From: an uncultured Cytophagales bacterium
Lineage (GTDB): Bacteria; Bacteroidota; Bacteroidia; Cytophagales; Thermonemataceae
Assembly (NCBI GenBank): GCA_938002655.1
Contig: CALLAC010000002.1
Coordinates: forward strand, 20,823-84,822
Direction: 5' to 3'
Length of the DNA stretch: 64,000 nt
Below the pieces are notes generated by a model. It did not search any database. It was not told the origin of the DNA and saw only the letters and a program-made list of their open reading frames with translations. Shown here piece after piece: positions 39,562 through 48,166 of the stretch. The position numbers were made by a program, and so were the translations under genes. Positions within the stretch are counted from its first letter, which is position 1; every line of letters begins with the position of its first letter.

Positions 39562-40341
39562 TTATAAACAACCTGTTCTGCCACCATCTATCACAAGGTT
39601 TGTGCCATTGATGTAAGCGGCTTGTGGCGAGGCTAAAAAAACTACTCCATAGGCAATTTCTTCGGCTTGGGCAAATCTACCTGCTGGAATTTCAGCAAGC
39701 ATTTCCTGTTTTGCCTCTTGCATGCTGATACCTTTATTTTCAGCATTTTTCTGAATAAGACTTTCCAGACGTGCCGTCCAGGTAGCACCAGGCAATACGT
39801 TATTCACCGTAATTCCCCAAGAAGCAAGCTCTGTGGCAAGGGTTTTTGCCCAATTAGCTACTGCCCCACGAATTGTATTAGAAACACCCAAATTTTTCAG
39901 AGGCTGTTTTACCGAAGTAGAAATAATATTGATAATTCTGCCATAATTTGCTTGTTTCATTCCTTCTACAAACTTTTGCACCAAAAGTTGGTTACAAATT
40001 AAGTGTGCCTGAAAGGCTTGTAGAAAGGCTTGCGGTTTGGCATCTATGGCTTTGCCTGCCGCCGGTCCGCCTGTATTATTTACGAGAATATGAGTATTTT
40101 CTTGCAAATTCTCCAAAACCTTTTGTAGTGTAGCAGGCTCACTAAAATCTGCCACTAAGTATCTATGTCGCTGATTTTGAGAGCTATCCAACTCTGCCAA
40201 TACTTGCCCTAATTTGCTTTCATCACGAGCCAGCAGAATGAGATTGGCTCCTGCCCGAGCTAGCTCCAAAGCTACTGCTTTGCCTATGCCTTGCGTACTA
40301 CCTGCCACAAGAGCTGTTTTGCCATCAAGTCGAATTTGCAT
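39562..40341 (-). CDS. Short-chain dehydrogenase/reductase (3-oxoacyl-ACP reductase-like subgroup)
   Basis: GSTQGIG Rossmann motif, LVNNTGGP, GRIINIIS, ITVNNVLPG and IDGG. Confidence 0.9.
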   Translation of the reverse strand: MQIRLDGKTALVAGSTQGIGKAVALELARAGANLILLARDESKLGQVLAELDSSQNQRHRYLVADFSEPATLQKVLENLQENTHILVNNTGGPAAGKAIDAKPQAFLQAFQAHLICNQLLVQKFVEGMKQANYGRIINIISTSVKQPLKNLGVSNTIRGAVANWAKTLATELASWGITVNNVLPGATWTARLESLIQKNAENKGISMQEAKQEMLAEIPAGRFAQAEEIAYGVVFLASPQAAYINGTNLVIDGGRTGCL

Positions 40342-40429
40342 ATCTTCAAATTTACTTTTCGTCTTTTTCGCAAAAATAAATGAAACTTCTAACTTTGTCA
40401 GAAATTCCGAGAAAATTTCACTTTTAGCT

Positions 40430-42352
40430 ATGTATATCTCTCGTGATATTGTTGATAAAATCTATCAGAGCCTCGATATAGTGGAGGTAGTAAGCGATTA
40501 TGTAAATTTGCAAAAATCAGGTAAAGACTACAAAGCCTGTTGTCCATTTCACAACGAACGCACTCCTTCGTTTTTTGTATCTCCTGCCAAAGGTATTTTC
40601 AAATGTTTTGGCTGTGGCAAAGGCGGCGATGCTGTTACTTTTGTAATGGAAATTGAAGGGATAAGCTATGGCGAGGCTTTGCGTCAGCTTGCTCAAAAAT
40701 ATAAAATTGAAATCCCTGAAAGTGACAACAAAAAGCCCTCTGATGACGATATACAAAAGCAAAATGAAATAGATGCCCTCTACATTGCCATGCAATTTGC
40801 TAAAAATTTTTACTACGAGCAACTCCTTTACACCGATGAAGGCAAAGCCATAGGGCTTTCGTACCTGAAAGAAAGAGGATTTAATGAGCAAACTATCAAA
40901 ACCTTTGAGTTGGGCTACGCAAATAGCGATTGGGATACATTCTACCGAACCGCTATCAAAAAAGGTTACAATCCTGAAATTTTGGAAAAAGCAGGATTGG
41001 TGCAAAAAAAAGAAACTAAAAACGACTACTACGACCGCTTTCGCGAACGCATCATGTTCCCCATTCATAATATTTCGGGTAAAGTAATTGCTTTTGGAGC
41101 AAGAGCACTCAAAACACATAAAGACACTCCCAAATACCTCAATTCACCTGAAACAGCACTTTACCACAAGAGCAAAGTTTTGTATGGGCTTTTTCAAGCT
41201 AAAAAATCTATTTTACAAAAAGATGAATGCTTGCTTGTAGAAGGCTACGCCGATGCAATTTCTTTGCACCAGGCAGGAATTAGCAATGTAGTGGCTTCTT
41301 TGGGTACTTCGCTCACACACGAACAGGTTCGGCTTATCAGACGATTCACCCACAATGTATGTATCCTTTACGATGGCGACGAAGCAGGGCTCAATGCCGC
41401 TTTACGCGGTGTAGACATTCTCTTAGAAGAAGGTCTTTCGCTGAAAGTAGTTTGGCTACCCCAAAATGAAGACCCCGATAGCTTTCTGCAAAAATACGGT
41501 ACCAATGCTATGCTCACGTATATTCAGGAAAATACCCAAGATTTTATCAAGTTCAAAACTAAATATTTGCTTAAAAATGCCGAAGACGACCCTTTTAAGC
41601 GTGGTGAAGCAATTCGCCAAGTTGTGAGCAGTATTGTTAAAATTCCTGATATCATTCAACGAAATGTGTTTTTCAAAGAATGTAGCCTACTTTTTGGTAT
41701 AGAGGAAGATGTTTTAATCCGAGAAGGCAATAAAATTTTAAACAAAGAACTCAAACAAAAACCCGACCAAGAAGCTCTCTCCGAACTTTTACAAAACAAT
41801 CCTGATGACTTTTTAGACCAAAAAGCCAATGCATTTAGCTCGGTATATCATCAAGAATACGAAGCAATGCGTTTGCTTTTGTGCTATGCCGATTATCCTA
41901 TTTCGCAAGATACAATTTTTGGGCAGTATCTTCTGAAAGAATTACAGGGCTTGCAGTTTGAAAACCCTATTTTTCAAGAAATATTTGAAATTTTTGCTCG
42001 TAACCTCAATGAAGGCAGGTTGCTTTCTCATCACGATTTTATGAAAATGGAAAGTCGTGAAATCAGGCAAGCTGTGATAGATCTTATCACCGAAAAATAT
42101 AAATTAAGCCCCAATTGGGAAGAGAAAGCAGGTATTATTGTTGAAAAAAAAGACGAAAAGCTCAACCGTGTAGCTTACGAAGCCATTATGCGAATGAAGT
42201 GGAAAGCTGTGCAAAGAATGATAAAAGAAAATCAAAAAAAATTAGAAAAGGCAAATAACGAAGAAGAACAAGACCACTTCTTACAAATTCATATACAGCT
42301 CAAAAGCATTGAGCAGGAAATAGCAAAAGCTTTGGGAAACGTGCTTCGCTAA
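40430..42352 (+). CDS. dnaG: DNA primase
   Basis: Zn finger CCPFHNERTPSF...CFGC; FRERIMFPI; KYLNSPET; TOPRIM VEGYADAI and YDGDEAG. True start is Met 40430 (the ORF-track start lies inside the SDR gene). Confidence 0.97.
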   Translation: MYISRDIVDKIYQSLDIVEVVSDYVNLQKSGKDYKACCPFHNERTPSFFVSPAKGIFKCFGCGKGGDAVTFVMEIEGISYGEALRQLAQKYKIEIPESDNKKPSDDDIQKQNEIDALYIAMQFAKNFYYEQLLYTDEGKAIGLSYLKERGFNEQTIKTFELGYANSDWDTFYRTAIKKGYNPEILEKAGLVQKKETKNDYYDRFRERIMFPIHNISGKVIAFGARALKTHKDTPKYLNSPETALYHKSKVLYGLFQAKKSILQKDECLLVEGYADAISLHQAGISNVVASLGTSLTHEQVRLIRRFTHNVCILYDGDEAGLNAALRGVDILLEEGLSLKVVWLPQNEDPDSFLQKYGTNAMLTYIQENTQDFIKFKTKYLLKNAEDDPFKRGEAIRQVVSSIVKIPDIIQRNVFFKECSLLFGIEEDVLIREGNKILNKELKQKPDQEALSELLQNNPDDFLDQKANAFSSVYHQEYEAMRLLLCYADYPISQDTIFGQYLLKELQGLQFENPIFQEIFEIFARNLNEGRLLSHHDFMKMESREIRQAVIDLITEKYKLSPNWEEKAGIIVEKKDEKLNRVAYEAIMRMKWKAVQRMIKENQKKLEKANNEEEQDHFLQIHIQLKSIEQEIAKALGNVLR

Positions 42353-42358
42353 AAACAC

Positions 42359-43831
42359 TTACCAACCAATCGGATAGTAGGCTTTGTCGCCATTTTCGTA
42401 GATACCCTCAAAATACAAGCCATCGCCTGTTTTATCGGTTTGTTGTACAATAGCAAGCACATGAGCCGCCGAATTTACTACAATACGCTTGCCACTTTGG
42501 CTGATGTGCGTAATAATAAAACCTTGCTTGACACCCGCATCAGCAAGTTTGCCTTTACTAATTCTAAGCACTTTTGCTCCACTTTTAATATGCAAAGCTT
42601 CTTTTTCAGTTTCGCTGACATTCACAATTTCTGCCCCCATAATTTGAATATGCTCGCTACTTGTCTTTCGGGTAATTTCTAGATTTCCTTTGGGGTTTTT
42701 GAGTGTAACAACAACCTTTTTTTCCTCCATATTTCTACGAAAAAGTACCGAAACCTTATCGCCAGGGCGTTTGGAGGCTATAATCCCTTGTAATTCTGAT
42801 TTGGAATTGACTTTAATATTTTCAATTTCTAAAATTACATCTCCTTTCATAATACCTGCCTCCCAAGCACCGCTATTGGTGGTTACATTATTTACATACA
42901 CGCCGTCTACATTGGGAAGTTTTTTACTTTTGGCAAGTTCGGCATTCACATCACTGATTTCAACGCCCATCAAGGCTCTTTGTACTTGCCCATACTGACG
43001 CAAATCATCGGTTACTTTTTTAACCAAATTTGAAGGAATAGCAAAGGAATATCCCTGAAAAACGCCTGTTTCGCTGGCAATAGCTGTATTGATACCTATA
43101 AGTTCGCCTCGTAAATTTACCAGAGCCCCGCCGCTATTGCCCGGATTTACGGAGGCATCTGTCTGTAAGAAACTTTCAACTTGCAAATTGTCTTTATCTT
43201 GAATAAGATTGATATTTCTTGCTTTGGCAGAAATAATGCCCGCTGTTACCGTAGAATTGAGTTCAAAAGGATTGCCCACCGCAAGCACCCATTCGCCTAC
43301 ACGAACTTTATCAGAATTTGCAAAAGGCAAAAAAGGCAGAGCGTCTTCGTTTATTTTGAGCAGTGCCAAGTCGGTAGAGGGGTCTATACCTACTACACGA
43401 GCTTCGTAACTGCGTTTGTCGTGCAAAGTAACTTCTATCAAATCGTTGTTTTCAATAACGTGGTTATTGGTAACAATGTAGCCATCTTCGGAAATGATAA
43501 CTCCCGAACCTGAAGAAGAACGTGGCGACCAGCCCTTGCCGTGAAACTGCCGAAACATCTCATCTATGGCGTCGTTTTCATGGTAACGTGAGGCTTGGCG
43601 TCTTGTAAAACTAGTACGAATATGCACTACCGCAGGAATTGCCATTTCAGCAGAGTAAACAAAGTTCATCTCTTGCGGAATAGCAAGTGAGGTATCCTTG
43701 TAACGATAGGCAATTTTAGTCGTAGGAATAAAATTTAAGCCTAAAAACCAATGAGAAACAAGCAATACTAGCGTTCCTCCAAGCAAAGCCGATAACACAA
43801 TTGCTACGTAAAACTTCTTTTGAGAAAGCAT
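42359..43831 (-). CDS. HtrA/DegP-family serine protease with PDZ domains
   Basis: N-terminal TM; SGSGVII, TNNHV, DLALLKI and NPGNSGG motifs; PDZ domains. Confidence 0.93.
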   Translation of the reverse strand: MLSQKKFYVAIVLSALLGGTLVLLVSHWFLGLNFIPTTKIAYRYKDTSLAIPQEMNFVYSAEMAIPAVVHIRTSFTRRQASRYHENDAIDEMFRQFHGKGWSPRSSSGSGVIISEDGYIVTNNHVIENNDLIEVTLHDKRSYEARVVGIDPSTDLALLKINEDALPFLPFANSDKVRVGEWVLAVGNPFELNSTVTAGIISAKARNINLIQDKDNLQVESFLQTDASVNPGNSGGALVNLRGELIGINTAIASETGVFQGYSFAIPSNLVKKVTDDLRQYGQVQRALMGVEISDVNAELAKSKKLPNVDGVYVNNVTTNSGAWEAGIMKGDVILEIENIKVNSKSELQGIIASKRPGDKVSVLFRRNMEEKKVVVTLKNPKGNLEITRKTSSEHIQIMGAEIVNVSETEKEALHIKSGAKVLRISKGKLADAGVKQGFIITHISQSGKRIVVNSAAHVLAIVQQTDKTGDGLYFEGIYENGDKAYYPIGW

Positions 43832-43958
43832 AATTTTTCAGTACAAACTTTTTCAAAAATACAAAAAATAATTCACAATTGTTTATTTTTGAAAGATTTT
43901 TTGCAGTAAGTTTTGCCTTTTAAAGTCGTTTTTTTATTTTTACCCCAAAACATACACT

Positions 43959-44735
43959 ATGGCACGTAAAAATACTGCTGTTCGCTTTTCTTTACCGAAA
44001 GATTTACAAGAAAAATTACAAGATTTTGCACAACAAATTGATATTATTGCCCGCAACAATCTCTTGGCAATGTATCTGTATGGCTCTGTTACACATAAAG
44101 TTTTTGAAAACTCGAATACCCAAATCAATGTACTAATTGTGCTGAAAAGTGCAAAAGTAGAAAATATTGAAAATATCTCGCAAGCTATTTCCAAAGCCCG
44201 AAAATCTTTCAATTTAGAACCAACTATCATTACCAAGGAAGAAGTCAAAACTTCTGCCGATGTTTTCCCGATAGAGTTTACCGATATGAAAGTAAAAAAT
44301 ACTCTGATTTGGGGTGATGATGTTTTCAAAAATGTACTTGTTTCTATGGAAGATTTGCGTCTGGCTTGTGAATTAGAATTTAAAAAACGCTTGTTCCATT
44401 TGCGTAGCTATTTTGTACTCAATCTCAAACAGCCCCAACTACTTATAGAAAAACTTCTGCAAGATTTTCCCGAATTTATGATACAAGCCGATACGCTTTT
44501 TTACATTCGTTCAGGGTACTTTGCTACCTCTACCGATGAATTGCTGAAAGAAATTTTCAAGACTTTTCATATTCAAAATGCTAAACTCAAAAAAGTAGCC
44601 GAAATTTATAAAAAACCCAGCCAAGCCCCTACCAATTTGCTAGAAATAGTTGATTTGTACAACGACTATCTTTCAGTAGTTGCCAAAGTAGCTCATTTTG
44701 CCGATTCTATGCAAGTGTATAGAGAGGAAAGTTAG
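43959..44735 (+). CDS. Pol-beta-superfamily nucleotidyltransferase-like protein with a degenerate catalytic motif
   Basis: LYGS...TQINVLIVL and ADVFPIEFTDM...LIWGDD motifs; helical C-terminal domain. Confidence 0.65.
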   Translation: MARKNTAVRFSLPKDLQEKLQDFAQQIDIIARNNLLAMYLYGSVTHKVFENSNTQINVLIVLKSAKVENIENISQAISKARKSFNLEPTIITKEEVKTSADVFPIEFTDMKVKNTLIWGDDVFKNVLVSMEDLRLACELEFKKRLFHLRSYFVLNLKQPQLLIEKLLQDFPEFMIQADTLFYIRSGYFATSTDELLKEIFKTFHIQNAKLKKVAEIYKKPSQAPTNLLEIVDLYNDYLSVVAKVAHFADSMQVYREES

Positions 44736-44849
44736 CCAAAAAATCCATTACCTTCAGTAAAGCAACAAGTTGTTTGTAGAAGTTTTATTGAGAAGAGCTT
44801 TTGTATTCTTTCGGAGCTTTCGTATAAAAAAGCTCGTAATGTTGCCGAG

Positions 44850-44923
44850 TGGTCCCACTTGGGCTCGAACCAAGGACCCCCTGATTATGAGTCAGGTGCT
44901 CTAACCGACTGAGCTATAGGACC
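44850..44923 (-). tRNA. tRNA with CAU anticodon, most likely tRNA-Ile2 (lysidine-modified)
   Basis: GGTCCTATAGCTCAGTCGGTTAGAGCACCTGACTCATAATCAGGGGGTCCTTGGTTCGAGCCCAAGTGGGACCA folds into a full cloverleaf; CCA end not encoded. Confidence 0.93.
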
Positions 44924-44945
44924 CAACCTTTTTGTTTTAGGACTG

Positions 44946-44977
44946 CAAATGTAGATAAATCAAAATTTTTTTCCAAA
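44946..44977 (-). promoter_or_regulatory. Housekeeping promoter for the tRNA
   Basis: Minus strand TTTG (44977-44974), 20-nt spacer, TACATTTG (44953-44946). Confidence 0.65.
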
Positions 44978-44986
44978 TTTTTTCTT

Positions 44987-45028
44987 AAAAAAAATAAGAC
45001 TTGGGCATTTACATTTCCCCAAGTCTTA
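44987..45028 (-). terminator. Intrinsic terminator of the TonB receptor-lipoprotein operon
   Basis: Perfect 11-bp stem TAAGACTTGGG/CCCAAGTCTTA followed on the minus strand by T8. Confidence 0.75.
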
Positions 45029-45048
45029 CTGATTGTTTTCAAGTAAAA

Positions 45049-45618
45049 TTAGGGTGCAAGCGTAACATTAAACGTAATATTAAAGTCCTGTTCGCCGCCA
45101 ATATTAGGATTGTATACCCAAGGTGTAGCAGATAAGTTTTGCGACTTAATAGGATTATGCACAAGTATCATCTGCAAATTTCCACCTCCTGCATTTGAGT
45201 TAGTTGTCACTCTGGCTCGTAAACCTATTGGCTTTCCATTGCTATCCTGGTCTCTGTACTGAAAACTAGTAAACAACGTGGAGGGGAAACCATAGTATAT
45301 TTGGTGTTCATTGGCTTCTTCAATAATTTCTCTTGTAATATCTACTCCATTTTCACCTGCAATGGATACGTCAATATCATACGTAGTACTTGGTTTTAGT
45401 GTACCGTTCTGAATTACAGGCGGATTGCTCCCCAAGCCGTCATCGTCTTGCCAAGTCATAGTTACAGTTTCAGAACCTGAACTAAAACGCACCACTACTT
45501 TAGTAATTAGTTCTTGCTCGTTGTGGTCGTGGTCATGGTCATCTTTTTTCTTTTTACAAGCTCCCAAAAATACTGCTCCTGCAAGTAAGAAAGCTGAAAT
45601 TTTGTGTAAATTTTTCAT
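45049..45618 (-). CDS. His/Asp-rich lipoprotein, putative metal-binding partner of the TonB receptor
   Basis: Lipobox LGAC followed by KKKKDD; DHDHDHNEQELIT; EANEHQIYY and LVHNP motifs. Confidence 0.8.
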   Translation of the reverse strand: MKNLHKISAFLLAGAVFLGACKKKKDDHDHDHNEQELITKVVVRFSSGSETVTMTWQDDDGLGSNPPVIQNGTLKPSTTYDIDVSIAGENGVDITREIIEEANEHQIYYGFPSTLFTSFQYRDQDSNGKPIGLRARVTTNSNAGGGNLQMILVHNPIKSQNLSATPWVYNPNIGGEQDFNITFNVTLAP

Positions 45619-45641
45619 AAGAATTGAGTTTTGAAGTTGAA

Positions 45642-48014
45642 CTAAAAAATATAAGAAAGTTGTAAGATAAAATTTCTGCCTATTTCATTGGCATAGTAAC
45701 GCCAACGATTCAGATAGTCTCTGTAAATGGTGTTAGCCAGATTTTCCACCTGCACATTCGTTGTAAATCCTTTGTAAGTTGTACTTGCTCCTATACTCCA
45801 TAGCCAATAGGCACTAGGAGCAGGCATAAAATCAAAACTACCTTCTGAAAGAATTTGCTGTTTTTCTTCTGTGCTAATGTTTCCAAAGCGAGTAGGCTCT
45901 ACTACACGAGGAGCATTGTTTTGCTTTGCTACATACAAGACATTCACAAAAAATGAAGTATTTTGTAATTTACCCCAACTCTTACGTTCCCAAGCAATTT
46001 TATTTTCCCAACGCAACGGAGGCATATTGATAACAGCTTCTTTATTCTTTCTGACAAAAGCGTTCAGATACGAAAATTTGCTTTGCCATTGCCAATTTCC
46101 TTGATAAAACTTTTGCATAGCATCTATTCCACGCAAAACAACATCTTTCTGCACATAGCTAAACACAGGAAAATACCCCTGAATAGTCAGACGAATATCA
46201 GTAGGTGTTGCATAGATGAAATTATCAATCCACTGATGATAAGGGCTTATTTCCCATTGCCAAGCGTTTTTCTGATATTGAACAGTGCTTATCCATTTGT
46301 AAGATTTTTCCAAAGCAAAAGGCTTATCGGGGTTGAGTGAGCCTCCTTCAAAAAGCAAACCTTCTTGTATATTGCCAATGCCCAAATGCAATCCTTGGCT
46401 AAAAAGTTCGGCAGTGTGCGGAGGACGCACCGTAGTAGCCAAATTCGTTTTTATTACAACATTTCTCCATTTTCGGTACCAATAGCCCACAGTAACCGTT
46501 TTCCAATGAAATTGATAATTAGGTGTAAGACGCAACCTGTTGCGTACGGCTTGTACTTCGGTATGCCGAAAATCATAACGCAACCCCCACTCTATTTCGT
46601 AGGCAGGTTTCACAAAGCGTTCTATCCAAAAAAGCCCTTGCGAAAAGTTGGTGAAATTCGGTAGAAGCGGTGTAATACCCGTACCTGGTACATTGTAGTT
46701 ATCTTGCCAAAGTATATTCAGCCCCAAAGAACCTCGAAAATTTTTCCAGGCATGATGCTCCAAAATGGCATCAAGAGTGTGTGTTTGAAGTTGTAAAGAA
46801 AGAGCAGGAATAGTAGAACGCCCCCCTCGACGTATATCGAACTCTTTTCTATCGTTCCATTGCAAAGCATATTGCAGAGAAAGTATTCCCAAATGATTTA
46901 AGGTAATTTTACTGCTCAATTTAGCTAAATAATGCACGATTTTCTGACGAGGGTTCTGAATTTCGTATGTAAAAGGAGCTACATACCAAGGCTGAGGACG
47001 GCTAATGGAAACTGTGAGGTCGTTGATATTGCCTGTATGGGCGGCACGTAAAATGCCTATCTCGGCATCATACCGACTGAAATAGGCTTCTGCTTGCCAT
47101 TTTTTCCGTTCTACACCCAAAGTAGCTGCAAAATTAAGCTCTTGCATACCTGTATTCGAAAGCACATAGGTAGGTGAACGGAAGTCTCCGCCCCGCTTTG
47201 CTGAACCTTGCCAGCGCCAAGCCCAGCCTTTACCAAAGGCTTTTTCCATTTGCAGAGCTAAATTTCCCATTCGGTTATTGCTATGCCCTATCAGGTAGAC
47301 TTTTCCGTGCAATTTTTTTTCGGTAGGTAATGGTAGAGGGTTGAGTATCACTACGCCGCCCATAGCATCGGAGCCATAACGAACCCCTGCCGCCCCTTTG
47401 ATAACACTCACTTGCTCAGCTGAAAAAACATCTATTTCTGGGGCGTGTTCTTCTCCCCATTGTTGCCCTTCTTGGCGTATGCCATTGTTTAGTATCATAA
47501 TTCTTTGCGAGTGCAAGCCATGAATAATGGGCTTGCTGATACCCGCACCTGTACTAAAAGTGTATACACCCGTAATATTTTTCAATGTCTCACCCAAAGT
47601 TTTTCCACGCGATAGTTCCAACTCCTGCCTGCTCAAAAAACTTTGTGTTTGCGTAGAAAGTGGCTTTTCCATATTTCCAAGCACTTCTACACTTGCTATT
47701 TGCTGATTATCTGCCTGCAAGAAAATATCTTTATGAAAATGCTCATTTTTTTTGAGTTGTAAAACAATTTGCAAAGGCAAAAAACCTTCTTTTTCTAAAA
47801 AAACTTGATATTCACCTTCACATACATTTTCTAGTGCAAACTCTCCTTCTATATTCGTTTGTAACACTTTGCCCAAAGGCTCTATCCGAACCTGCACTTC
47901 TGGTAAAGAAATTTTAGTATCTTTCTGAAAAATATGCCCATGTATGCTTGCCGTGCATTGAGCATACAACTCTCCCCACAAAAATCCCCATACCAACAAG
48001 AAAATGCTTTTCAT
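45642..48014 (-). CDS. TonB-dependent receptor, probable metal uptake
   Basis: Signal peptide; N-terminal carboxypeptidase-regulatory-like domain; plug ISKPIIHGLHSQRI...QEGQQWGEEHAPEID; VIKGAAGVRYGSDAMGGVV; C-terminal NLANTIYRDYLNR...GRNF; terminal Phe. Confidence 0.92.
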   Translation of the reverse strand: MKSIFLLVWGFLWGELYAQCTASIHGHIFQKDTKISLPEVQVRIEPLGKVLQTNIEGEFALENVCEGEYQVFLEKEGFLPLQIVLQLKKNEHFHKDIFLQADNQQIASVEVLGNMEKPLSTQTQSFLSRQELELSRGKTLGETLKNITGVYTFSTGAGISKPIIHGLHSQRIMILNNGIRQEGQQWGEEHAPEIDVFSAEQVSVIKGAAGVRYGSDAMGGVVILNPLPLPTEKKLHGKVYLIGHSNNRMGNLALQMEKAFGKGWAWRWQGSAKRGGDFRSPTYVLSNTGMQELNFAATLGVERKKWQAEAYFSRYDAEIGILRAAHTGNINDLTVSISRPQPWYVAPFTYEIQNPRQKIVHYLAKLSSKITLNHLGILSLQYALQWNDRKEFDIRRGGRSTIPALSLQLQTHTLDAILEHHAWKNFRGSLGLNILWQDNYNVPGTGITPLLPNFTNFSQGLFWIERFVKPAYEIEWGLRYDFRHTEVQAVRNRLRLTPNYQFHWKTVTVGYWYRKWRNVVIKTNLATTVRPPHTAELFSQGLHLGIGNIQEGLLFEGGSLNPDKPFALEKSYKWISTVQYQKNAWQWEISPYHQWIDNFIYATPTDIRLTIQGYFPVFSYVQKDVVLRGIDAMQKFYQGNWQWQSKFSYLNAFVRKNKEAVINMPPLRWENKIAWERKSWGKLQNTSFFVNVLYVAKQNNAPRVVEPTRFGNISTEEKQQILSEGSFDFMPAPSAYWLWSIGASTTYKGFTTNVQVENLANTIYRDYLNRWRYYANEIGRNFILQLSYIF

Positions 48015-48021
48015 TTTTTAT

Positions 48022-48064
48022 CTCAACTTTGTTGCAAAAATATAAACATTGCAACATAGTTGCA
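48022..48064 (-). promoter_or_regulatory. Tandem palindromic operator boxes overlapping the TonB receptor promoter
   Basis: Minus strand TGCAAC-TAT-GTTGCA (48064-48050), 13 nt, TGCAAC-AAA-GTTGAG (48036-48022); TTTG and TATTTTTG 20 nt apart overlap the boxes. Confidence 0.7.
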
Positions 48065-48166
48065 AACAAAATAGGGCTTTTTTCAACAAAATACCACAAA
48101 TGACGTATGTTAGGGATTGGTAGTTTGCATATTTTTGCTGCTGCATTAAGTAAAAACACAAATACT

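Noticed and set aside
40214-40429. 72-aa N-terminal extension of dnaG in the ORF track
   Set aside because: It is antisense to the SDR gene; the DnaG sequence begins at Met 40430, with a TAACTTTG -7 element at 40390-40397.
43959-44060. Ribbon-helix-helix-like pattern at the NTase N-terminus (TAVRFSLPKDLQEKL...ARNNLL)
   Set aside because: The same residues fit the ordinary N-terminal helix and first strand of the NTase fold, so the resemblance is probably coincidental.
44850-44880. tRNA 3' end as an att site of an integrated element
   Set aside because: I found no duplicate of the tRNA 3' sequence and no integrase in the window.
45525-45555. TGGTCG/TGGTCA hexamer repeats as a VNTR
   Set aside because: They simply encode the DHDHDH motif of the lipoprotein; too short and imperfect to support phase variation.
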